Origin: a virus
Length of the DNA stretch: 64,000 nt
IMG/VR virus record: IMGVR_UViG_3300002835_000050
Span: 32,001-96,000 of that record
Strand: one strand, 5' to 3'
Part shown: positions 52,675-60,909 of the stretch, in pieces
Layout: the number at the start of each line of letters is the position of its first letter
Position numbering within the stretch: position 1 is the first letter of the stretch
Notes under the pieces: generated by a model
Seen by the model: the letters and a program-made list of their open reading frames with translations, nothing else
Told to the model about the DNA's origin: nothing
The model's database searches: none
Program-made: the position numbers and the translations under genes

Positions 52675-53088
52675 TTATTTTAACCAGCCCAATGTTCTGG
52701 CTTCTGCAGGATTATTGTGAATATGGTTATGACAGCTCCTGCAAACTGCTAACCATGTACTTTGAATCAAATAAAAGGCTTCTCTGTTTGAACCGGCATA
52801 TTTATGATGCACATCACTGGCACCATTCATACAACCGGTTACAGAGACCTGACATACTGGATTTTCATTTAGAAATCTTTCTCTTAATTTAAGATACTCA
52901 ACATCTTTCTTTTTTCTTTTAGAAGAAACCAGAGGGATTTTATAATCAGTTGGTTTCTGTGAACTGTCTGTATCAATGGCTTTTTGGCAACTCCAACAAT
53001 ACTTGCAATACTTGAATCCCTCATGGTTCTTCCAGATCATAGATGGTTTTTGACATCCATCACACATTTTAAGTTTACTTTTTATCAT
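52675..53088 (-). CDS. HNH endonuclease-like protein with N-terminal Zn finger
   Basis: CDGC, CKYC; CQV..C...DVHHK...VCRSCHNHIH. Confidence 0.75.
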   Translation of the reverse strand: MIKSKLKMCDGCQKPSMIWKNHEGFKYCKYCWSCQKAIDTDSSQKPTDYKIPLVSSKRKKKDVEYLKLRERFLNENPVCQVSVTGCMNGASDVHHKYAGSNREAFYLIQSTWLAVCRSCHNHIHNNPAEARTLGWLK

Positions 53089-53560
53089 TTCTCAATCTTG
53101 GTAACTGGTTTTGAGGTCCATCTAAACTTAAAAAGTTTTTAGGTAACACTCCTTCAGCAATAAAGATAGTAATAATTTGAGACTTTTCAATACCTAAATC
53201 TTTAAAGTTTAATTTATTGATTAAAGCATCATCTGTCTCAGTTTCAGCAAGTAAAGCTTGAGTAATAGGACTCTTTGGAAACAAAGTTTCAAATATAAAG
53301 TTAGTATAACTTATAGTTGTTTGTTGTTTAAGTTTATTGATAACTACTTGAGCTTTCTTATAAACATTAATAACTCTTTGTTTCTTTTTACTACACATGG
53401 TAGTTAATTCATCTTGTGTAAGAGCACTTAGTCCATACAATGCTCTCTTATACAAATAGTTTTGATACTGATTGTATCTGTCTTGTTGATAGCTAGTCAC
53501 AGTTTGTGACCGCATCTGATAATTTCTTATCTCTTCTTTTAACTTTTCCATAATATACAA
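53075..53560 (-). CDS. Hypothetical protein
   Basis: ORF in operon. Confidence 0.6.
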   Translation of the reverse strand: MYIMEKLKEEIRNYQMRSQTVTSYQQDRYNQYQNYLYKRALYGLSALTQDELTTMCSKKKQRVINVYKKAQVVINKLKQQTTISYTNFIFETLFPKSPITQALLAETETDDALINKLNFKDLGIEKSQIITIFIAEGVLPKNFLSLDGPQNQLPRLRNDKK

Positions 53561-53617
53561 TAAAATAATAAATAAAAAATGAGAGAGATTTACACCCCTC
53601 TCACTATGTGTTTAGTC

Positions 53618-54091
53618 TTATAATGTAAAATCATTACTTGGCTTCATAGCAGAAGCAGTAACTTGTTGCGTATTATAAGCATTTCTTAATTCTTCAATAT
53701 TATCATGTTGAATGGTAACATCAGCAGCATTAGCAGCACTGTTATATACAGTTTTACGGTAAATTGGTTGATCTTCAAATGTACATACAATACCAGTTTT
53801 ACCTGCAATTTTTAAATCTCTATCAGGATTCTTTGTATTAAATGGAGTCAAAGACTCTTTAATAACAATTTTACCATCAAGCATTTGACCTGCATAATAA
53901 CCCATTTCTTTTAAGATACCAATTGGTGCTTGTATTAAAGAACCTAATGTTTGTCTTCTTAAGAAACCATTATCATCAATAACAGTACGTACTTGTTGTA
54001 ATCTAACATAACCCCATTCAGGATTGTTTGCAGATGGATAAATAACTGCACCAGTAGCAGCATCAGCCGCTATAAATACTTTAGAGTTCAT
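53618..54091 (-). CDS. Hypothetical beta-rich protein
   Basis: ORF followed by a hairpin terminator at about 53575-53603. Confidence 0.65.
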   Translation of the reverse strand: MNSKVFIAADAATGAVIYPSANNPEWGYVRLQQVRTVIDDNGFLRRQTLGSLIQAPIGILKEMGYYAGQMLDGKIVIKESLTPFNTKNPDRDLKIAGKTGIVCTFEDQPIYRKTVYNSAANAADVTIQHDNIEELRNAYNTQQVTASAMKPSNDFTL

Positions 54092-54185
54092 AACTAAATA
54101 AATTAAATAAATAAATAAGTGAATTGTGAGCAGATTACTCTACTTTAGTTGCTCAAGCTATAAGTAAGGGATATCCTATAAGGAT

Positions 54186-54455
54186 TTATATTTCAGTTTG
54201 ATCTGAAAGATCTATAATATCATCAAATGGTTCATCATCTGATATAATATTGTCAACATTTTCATCATCAGCTAAATAGTCAAAGTCATAATACTTATCT
54301 TTTTTAGTCTTAATGATTGCTGAGTCTGTAAAGGGATTAATAATATGGTCGCCAAACTCTTGAGACACCATATATTGTATGTCTTGGTCTGTAAGCTCAA
54401 GGAATTGATCTACAGATAAGTATATTACTTTTCCGTTTGGTAACTGATATAGCAT
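54186..54455 (-). CDS. Acidic hypothetical protein
   Basis: MLYQLPNGKVIYLS. Confidence 0.6.
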   Translation of the reverse strand: MLYQLPNGKVIYLSVDQFLELTDQDIQYMVSQEFGDHIINPFTDSAIIKTKKDKYYDFDYLADDENVDNIISDDEPFDDIIDLSDQTEI

Positions 54456-54549
54456 TGTTTAAAATCCATATTACACTATAAATATATACCTAATATTTTA
54501 CTTGTGTTAATTAAGATTATAAATTCTTGTACTATATAGCTAATACAAT

Positions 54550-54572
54550 AAAAAGGGGACATAAGCCCCCTT
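54550..54572 (-). terminator. Intrinsic terminator
   Basis: AAGGGG...CCCCTT with U-tract on the - strand. Confidence 0.55.
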
Positions 54573-54613
54573 GTTATTTTTGTTAGGAAAAGCATATCCA
54601 GAGATATACTGCA

Positions 54614-55033
54614 TTAAATTTCCTTAATTACTTCTAGTTCATCAGCTTGCACAAAAGAAGTATCTATCTTATCATTACCACTAGCATCTACACTAGTATA
54701 TTGAATGTGGTAATTGTTATAATCATGATAACCTCTGAATTCTTTTACAGTTACAACAACATTTCCGTTCTCATCACCATATTTGGCTCTAATAGCATCT
54801 TTGTTGCAACTATAACCCAAATTATTGACACTGATTTTACAAAGAGTACCTGTTGGAATAATATCAGGTAGTTTATCACCAAGCATTAACTTAAAAAATC
54901 TATTTATTGCATTATTACTTTGACACAGCATAGGAACTAGTAATTTTACAAACTCTTCTGCGTTAGGATCTTTAATAATCTTGGTTAATGCTTTTGCTAT
55001 ATCAGTTTCATCATATGTTACACTTATTCTCAT
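54614..55033 (-). CDS. Hypothetical protein
   Basis: ORF in operon. Confidence 0.6.
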   Translation of the reverse strand: MRISVTYDETDIAKALTKIIKDPNAEEFVKLLVPMLCQSNNAINRFFKLMLGDKLPDIIPTGTLCKISVNNLGYSCNKDAIRAKYGDENGNVVVTVKEFRGYHDYNNYHIQYTSVDASGNDKIDTSFVQADELEVIKEI

Positions 55034-55251
55034 GTGTTTAATCTTTTGTAGTCTCTAATTTTAGCTAACAAAGATTCATTAAATGTTGTGAACCATTGTT
55101 GACCACCAATTCTATTACCAATTATAGGTATTTCATCTGTTTCAGGATGTGTAGTTTTAGCACCTGTTTGTACTAATTCTCCTTCTTGATCAATGATATC
55201 AGCACTAAAGTCAAACCCTAGTGCTGAATCAATTACATTATCTTTCATCAT
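55030..55251 (-). CDS. Hypothetical protein
   Basis: Coupled ORF. Confidence 0.55.
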   Translation of the reverse strand: MMKDNVIDSALGFDFSADIIDQEGELVQTGAKTTHPETDEIPIIGNRIGGQQWFTTFNESLLAKIRDYKRLNT

Positions 55252-55553
55252 AATCCAATTAAATTAGCTAGTGCAGAAAGTTCTTTTGAATGATTAATCT
55301 TTCTTTCAAAAATAATTACACACACTATGACTTCATTAACATGTTTACACTTTGCAACAATCTCTTCATAAGATTTAGATAGATTACTATGATTCTTAAA
55401 ACTAGCTAATGTAAGCTCAATCAATTCATCTCTTCTTTCATCTGTAATACCAAAATTAGTATACAAGTTGTCTGTGCTATCTTCAATAATAGCTACCTTC
55501 AATTCATTAGAAGGCTTTAATTCTTTTTTTCTCTTGAATAGTTTTCCTAACAT
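55248..55553 (-). CDS. Hypothetical protein
   Basis: Likely start MLGKLF at 55553; the track's extension runs into the tRNA-like element. Confidence 0.55.
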   Translation of the reverse strand: MLGKLFKRKKELKPSNELKVAIIEDSTDNLYTNFGITDERRDELIELTLASFKNHSNLSKSYEEIVAKCKHVNEVIVCVIIFERKINHSKELSALANLIGL

Positions 55554-55609
55554 AATTCTAAGTTTTAAATAAATAAATAAACAAATGCTGTCTGTTCCAG
55601 CTGTCTTAG

Positions 55610-55710
55610 AAGTGCAGACAGGATTCGAACCTGTAACCAGTTTTAACAACTAGTAAGTTACCTCTGTATTTCTACATTCAACTGCTGTATACCAATTCCG
55701 CCACTGCACT
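55610..55710 (-). ncRNA. tRNA-like RNA with non-canonical anticodon/variable region
   Basis: Acceptor AGTGCAG/CTGCACT; Leu-type D arm TGGCGGAATTGGTA; T arm ACAGG-TTCGAAT-CCTGT; ~50-nt centre with no 7-nt anticodon loop. Confidence 0.7.
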
Positions 55711-55711
55711 A

Positions 55712-55918
55712 TAATATACCCTGTCACTCCAAGTATGTGAATGTTAGATTTTACTTCCTTTCTACCTATGGCTAAGGCATCTACACTGAAGACTATAGAT
55801 AACATCTCTCTACAAACAACTCCATCTTGGTATAGATTCTAACAATGTGACTAATATTCACCTTTAATACCTATTATACTGAGGATTGCTATTTGTTTGC
55901 TTCAAGCAGGGTAATATT
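55712..55918 (-). ncRNA. Candidate structured RNA upstream of the tRNA-like element
   Basis: ORF-free; closing stem TACCCTG/CAGGGTA; inner stems TGTTAGA/TCTAACA and ATCTATA/TGTAGAT. Confidence 0.4.
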
Positions 55919-57855
55919 TTACTTACAATTAGCACAAATTACTGGTACACCCGCAGGCTTACCATTCTTTGGCATTGTCATAAGTTTTGCTTCATCTTCT
56001 TGAAGATAAACTTTTTCTCCTGGTTCTAAGTGTGCTCCACATACTGCACATGTTTTACCAAGATTTTTAAATCCATTTGCAATATCATTAGCAAGAGTTT
56101 TATGTACATGTGCCATTACTCTTCAGTTTCAGAATTAAACTTAGATTCAATTACACGCTCAATCATACTAACATGATATATAGCATCAAGTGCAGTGATT
56201 TTACCTGTTGTAACTTCAACTTGAATTAAATCATTAACAGATGTATCAACTAATTCTTTAACTAAATTAAATAAAGCTTCATTCTTTTTTTGTGCTACTT
56301 CAGCTTTTTGGAACAATTGTTCATTTCCATGATGCAACTTGAAATTCTTTGCACATAAGCTATCATAAGCTTCTCTAAGTTCTTCAAATGCTTGTTTATA
56401 GTAAGCAGCATTTTTTACTGTTTTTTTAGGTACTGTTGTAACCACTTTTTTAGGTCTACCTACTTTTCTCTTTTCCATATGTCTGGTTTTTATAAATTAC
56501 AAAATTTCTGATATTACTATGTAAACTACTAGTAATATTGCTACTGCTACAAATATAACTGCAGCACATCTGATTGGTCTCATTGATCTTTCATAGTTAA
56601 TTTCATTATCAATGTGCATAATCTCAACCATAAGATCATTCTTATACATTTCTGCAGTCATAGGATCTGCTCCTATATCATGAACCATACTTAAATCAAT
56701 CTTTCTCAGCTTCTTTTTCTCTTCTAGAGCTATAATCTTTTTTCTAAACATTTAACATAATTTAACAATTAGTAATTTCTTGTTTAACTTCTTCCCAATA
56801 TTCATATTCTAAAGTTAATTGATTTAAAACATCTAATATCTCATCAACTACTATTAATGCACATTTTTTTCCAGCTTCATATCCTATTTCACAGGTAGTA
56901 TATTTTGCACCTGCATATTCTTGATATTGATAGGTTTGTTTACGCATTTTATAAAACAATTCTTTTGCTTTTTCTTTTGGTGTCATAATTATAATAATTT
57001 AAGCAAGAAAAGCTCCAATCGGGAGCCTTTCTATATATCCATTAGGATACTGTACATCATAAGTATAATCAAAGAACACTTTAATAATCTTAACCACTTC
57101 AATTCTCTTAGTAATACTAAATGAAGGTGTGATAGCTATATACTGTCCTTCTTGCATACTAGTTATATCTATGTGATTTTCTCATCTGTCTTTGATTGTA
57201 TTTCTGTGCCTTAGCATAGTTACAACCGTGTGATGTAGTTCCACAAGATGACATAAATAATGCCATAATAAACACAACAATCATTGTGTATAAATAGTAC
57301 ATACCTACTGATGCACCGCGTGTTTGATCTGAATTTCTCATTTCTTTTGATTTAAAATAGATTGCCCATAGACTAATGCCATAAGCAATCCCGTGATTAA
57401 TAATGTGTCCATTACTTTCTAAATAAAGGATAACGGAGATTTATAACAAATATCATAGATGATAGTAGTAAGCCTACTATTGAGAACACATAAGCCTCAA
57501 AAGTCTCAGCTACAATAAGTTCAAATGTACATACAGCACACATGATAGTAATTAATAGATTAAATACATGATTCATAGTTCATAGTTTTAAGTAGTTTAT
57601 TTATTTGTACATATATCCCCAATAGTGAGCTTTATTGTAGTTAAATTTAGGAACATTATAATTTTGCCAAGTTAATTCTTCTTCAACTTCTTCTGTATAT
57701 AGTAAATCAAATTCTTTTGCAATCCATATTAAATAATGTATGTATTCATGACTTCTTTCATTAAGCATTTCTTCAATTGTAATGCCTTTAAATTTACCAA
57801 ACTTGAATGAGCTTTGCATACCTAGTATTGGTTTCTTTTTTATTTCTTTATTCAT
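55919..57855 (-). other. Cluster of small putative early/middle genes (55919-56116 Zn finger, 56116-56478 with GRPK AT-hook-like start, 56497-56751 TM, 56762-56986, 57159-57341 lipoprotein-like, 57601-57855 FGKFKG-motif protein)
   Basis: Co-oriented short ORFs; CAVC/CANC, KVGRPKK, LFMSSC lipobox, FKFGKFKG...YLIWI. Confidence 0.6.
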
Positions 57856-58415
57856 AAGATATAGTTTTAAGAGATTAATAATTTATATTTAGGGCTAATG
57901 CCTTATTCCGGAAGATGGCTTTATGTTACTCTTATAGGATATAACACTAATGATAAGACTAATAGTAATAGTAATACTAACAGTAGTGTATATAGACATA
58001 GTATTAGCTATATACTAATAAGTATATAAGCATATTAACTAAATCTGTTACTGAGGCTAATGGCATAGATATGAGGATAGTTTTTCACTCAATCATCCTG
58101 TAACCCTTATGTACACTGCATTTCCGTAAACTTCACTACAGTCTTAGCAAGCATTAAACAGATGTTGTAAGCATCTATTTACATACTATGATTATACTTT
58201 AAACATACTCCTTATATACTGTTTATTTGTAAACATTTGCTACATACAACAGCAAATGTACCCTAAACACCCATATTTTTAAACTAGCACATTTTGTAAC
58301 TAACTGATTATCAGAACAAAAGTGCGGTTGCTCCACCGTGTGGAGACAAAATATTTGCTATGGACAACAGTATGTGTATTCTTGAGAACAATAATAGTTT
58401 AAAGTTGTATGAGGA

Positions 58416-58427
58416 TGCCGCAGGCTA
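58416..58427 (-). promoter_or_regulatory. GNA-loop hairpin repeat, copy 1 (TGCC-GCA-GGCTA)
   Basis: One of four intergenic copies. Confidence 0.55.
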
Positions 58428-58429
58428 TC

Positions 58430-58458
58430 AAAAAAAACAACACACTCCGTAGAGTGTG
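58430..58458 (-). terminator. Intrinsic terminator with UACG tetraloop
   Basis: - strand CACACTC-TACG-GAGTGTG followed by a U-tract. Confidence 0.75.
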
Positions 58459-58466
58459 TGTTAATC

Positions 58467-58754
58467 TTAAACAGTAATGTTGCTGAACAAGTGTGCAAAA
58501 TCTGCTACTGTAGCAATCTTAGCATCTGTACCGTTCAACAATGTGATCCAAACAGTGTCTCCATCTGCTTGTAACTCAGCTTGGTAAGTAGCACCAACAG
58601 TCAAACCGTTCTGTACACTTTTCTCCCAAACTTTAGCAAACCAAACTGTACCGTTAATGTCAACAGTGCAAGTACGGAACTTAGTACCGTTAGTGTTTTC
58701 CTTTACTGCATTACCTACAGTTTTTAATACGCAAGATGTTTTTTGAGTTTCCAT
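58467..58754 (-). CDS. Small beta-rich protein (OB-fold/SSB-like?)
   Basis: Start METQKT at 58754; own repeat element and terminator; codons skewed to AAC/TTC/CGT/GGT. Confidence 0.6.
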   Translation of the reverse strand: METQKTSCVLKTVGNAVKENTNGTKFRTCTVDINGTVWFAKVWEKSVQNGLTVGATYQAELQADGDTVWITLLNGTDAKIATVADFAHLFSNITV

Positions 58755-58821
58755 AATAATTTGTTTTAATGGATTAATAAATATAAATATCCAAAACAGT
58801 ATAAAGCTGTATAAGAGAGGC

Positions 58822-58833
58822 TGCCGAAGGCTA
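58822..58833 (-). promoter_or_regulatory. GNA-loop hairpin repeat, copy 2 (TGCC-GAA-GGCTA)
   Basis: Lies between the terminator of the upstream gene and the next gene. Confidence 0.55.
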
Positions 58834-58854
58834 CTATGGAAAAAAAAGAGGAAC

Positions 58855-59043
58855 TTAATCCTCTTTGTCTTCATCATACTCAAATGTACCTGTTTCAATG
58901 TACTCTAATATCTCTGCTTTAAAAGCAAAGTCTACTACCTTACCATCCTCAAAGAATAGAGCATAAGTTTGTCTACCTTCTACTTTGTCTTGTGGTACAA
59001 TAGTTCCTGATACTAAGTACCAAATAAAAATAATTGTTTTCAT
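58855..59043 (-). CDS. Small hypothetical protein
   Basis: Stop lies inside terminator hairpin AAAGAGGA-TTAAGT-TCCTCTTTTTTT. Confidence 0.65.
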   Translation of the reverse strand: MKTIIFIWYLVSGTIVPQDKVEGRQTYALFFEDGKVVDFAFKAEILEYIETGTFEYDEDKED

Positions 59044-59084
59044 ATTATATAGTTTAAAATTTAATAATAGTATAATGCTGTATT

Positions 59085-59096
59085 TGCCGTAGGCTA
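59085..59096 (-). promoter_or_regulatory. GNA-loop hairpin repeat, copy 3 (TGCC-GTA-GGCTA)
   Basis: Same context as copy 2. Confidence 0.55.
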
Positions 59097-59118
59097 TAAT
59101 GGATAATAAAAGAGGATG

Positions 59119-59304
59119 TTAATCCTCTAATAGTATCATCTTGTTCTTGTGCTTAACCTGCCACTCTAGTGCAAGGCTATTGCGGTAATCCTTAATGTCT
59201 TTAGGATCTAATTCTTTTAAAGCAACAAGCACCTTATGGTCTACCTTTGTTTTGAGAAGTATCATAATACCTTCAATTTCTTCAATCATGTTCTGTACAA
59301 TCAT
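59119..59304 (-). CDS. Small hypothetical protein
   Basis: Stop lies inside terminator AGAGGAT-TAAC-ATCCTCT-TTT. Confidence 0.6.
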   Translation of the reverse strand: MIVQNMIEEIEGIMILLKTKVDHKVLVALKELDPKDIKDYRNSLALEWQVKHKNKMILLED

Positions 59305-59357
59305 ATCACTATAGTTTAATTAATACTAAGAATAGTATGAAGCTGTAGAGAATAAGA

Positions 59358-59369
59358 TGCCGTAGGCAA
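59358..59369 (-). promoter_or_regulatory. GNA-loop hairpin repeat, copy 4 (TGCC-GTA-GGCAA)
   Basis: Heads the first leftward gene after the strand switch. Confidence 0.55.
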
Positions 59370-59621
59370 GAATGTTTCTCCTGGTAAATAAAACACCAAA
59401 CATATTCTGGTATGCAAATCCTCTCTGTAAAACAATGGGGGGTACCCAGTCCCTGGGTTGGGGGTGGGGTGTGTTCTATAGGGACCCACCTCTAGCCCTC
59501 ATATACTATAGTTCTATTTACCCTTCACAATCCCTAACATACTATAATCCCATATCCCGTAATTCCCCATCTAGCCATACCCCTGGGGCACATGAACTTA
59601 GATAATAGACCGGGGATAATC

Positions 59622-59672
59622 TGTAACAAATTTATGCTATATTTGTCACAAACTTATACTATATTTGTGACA
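59622..59672 (+). repeat. 22-bp tandem repeats with TGTnACA palindromes and TATATTTG promoter elements
   Basis: TGTAACAAATTTATGCTATATT / TGTCACAAACTTATACTATATT / TGTGACA. Confidence 0.7.
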
Positions 59673-59684
59673 TAATTATTTAGT

Positions 59685-60179
59685 ATGATAGTAACACCAG
59701 AACTTAATGTTATATCTATAGAAGAAGAGCTAGCCTTGTTAGAGTCTCTGGCACAAGCTGAAAAAGATAGTAAGTTATCTAATGATAGAACTCTAGTAAG
59801 ATATGGTAATTCTATTTATAGTAATGAGAAGTTAGATCCTATTCCTGAGTATCTACTAGATCTATGTTATAGGTTGATAGATAAAAAAATACTAGATGCT
59901 TTACCAGAAGATATAACAGTTAACACTTATTATCCAGGAAACAAGATGGTTCCGCATATAGATAATGTAGATGCTGGACCTGTAATAACTGTGCTTAGTT
60001 TGTTATCAGATGCAAAACTTATTTTGACATATGGAACAAAAAGAGAAGTTATAACTTTACCAGCAAGATCTATTATACAGCTTAAAGGTGTATACAGAAC
60101 ACATTGGAAACACAGCATAGAAAAACTAGAACACAAAAGAATATCAATAGTATTTAGACAATTAGGAAAAAAAATTTAA
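59685..60179 (+). CDS. AlkB-like 2OG-Fe(II) dioxygenase
   Basis: VNTYYPG..MVPHID...LSLLS...WKHSI...RISIVFR (HxD...H...R). Confidence 0.85.
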   Translation: MIVTPELNVISIEEELALLESLAQAEKDSKLSNDRTLVRYGNSIYSNEKLDPIPEYLLDLCYRLIDKKILDALPEDITVNTYYPGNKMVPHIDNVDAGPVITVLSLLSDAKLILTYGTKREVITLPARSIIQLKGVYRTHWKHSIEKLEHKRISIVFRQLGKKI

Positions 60180-60190
60180 AATTATTTAGT

Positions 60191-60823
60191 ATGGCACATA
60201 TAGAACATAACTTCTTTCCTCTTAAAGTATTTGTAAGAAATGAATACATGTATCAACATACTAAAGGTCAAGGAGAATTAACACCGGGGGTAATTATATC
60301 AGTAAGATGTATGCCGGGGCAAGCAGCATTATTTCAGGTATTGTTAGAAAATGGTGTACTTAGAGATAAGTTACCAAGTCATGCGTTACTACATGAAGAA
60401 CAGATGCCGCAACCAGATCTACCATTTCACTACTTACAGATATGGAATTGCTTCTCTTATAACTTTACTCTACTACACTTGTCATATTTGTACGACACTA
60501 GGGTAGAAGTCTACATGAAAGATCACAAGTTCTACCCGGGTAGTTATTATGCTACTATCAATTGGGGGTCTAATGATCACAACACAGATCTATCTTTAGC
60601 AGAAGATCCATTAGAACATAAGAGTCATCACATCATTTTACTTGACAATGGTCAAATAGCATTACAACCTAACAACAGAATTAAGTGGTCTGAACCTAGC
60701 TTTGTAACTAAACCATTTCCTGAAAAACCAGATTACTTAGTTAACAAAGACTACTATAATTGTGAAGGATTTGAAAAATGGAGTACAGAAGATTCAGAAA
60801 GAATGTTCTATGACAATGAATAA
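60191..60823 (+). CDS. Conserved phage hypothetical protein
   Basis: LQIWNCFSY...HKSHH...LDNGQIALQPNNRI. Confidence 0.7.
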   Translation: MAHIEHNFFPLKVFVRNEYMYQHTKGQGELTPGVIISVRCMPGQAALFQVLLENGVLRDKLPSHALLHEEQMPQPDLPFHYLQIWNCFSYNFTLLHLSYLYDTRVEVYMKDHKFYPGSYYATINWGSNDHNTDLSLAEDPLEHKSHHIILLDNGQIALQPNNRIKWSEPSFVTKPFPEKPDYLVNKDYYNCEGFEKWSTEDSERMFYDNE

Positions 60824-60909
60824 TTTAAGGGTATAACCATAAAATAAAACTATATTAACCTGATAAATTAAATATTTTACTTATCTTTGTAAGGTTAAAA
60901 CCTTAATAT

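Noticed and set aside
55554-55649. Track N-terminal extensions (also 27245-27415, 36920-36967, 41567-41671, 58755-58898)
   Set aside because: They run through tRNA-like, terminator, promoter or neighbouring-gene sequence; downstream ATGs have better A-rich leaders
58822-58833. Reading the repeat as an RNA UNCG tetraloop on the - strand
   Set aside because: C(UNCG)G pairing leaves a C-C mismatch next to the loop; the perfect register is a 3-nt loop, favouring the DNA GNA hairpin
58400-59370. CRISPR array interpretation of the repeats
   Set aside because: Repeats are only ~12 bp, separated by 260-400 bp containing genes; no cas genes
59372-59605. 77-aa + strand ORF
   Set aside because: Spans the G/C tract; atypical composition; probably non-coding
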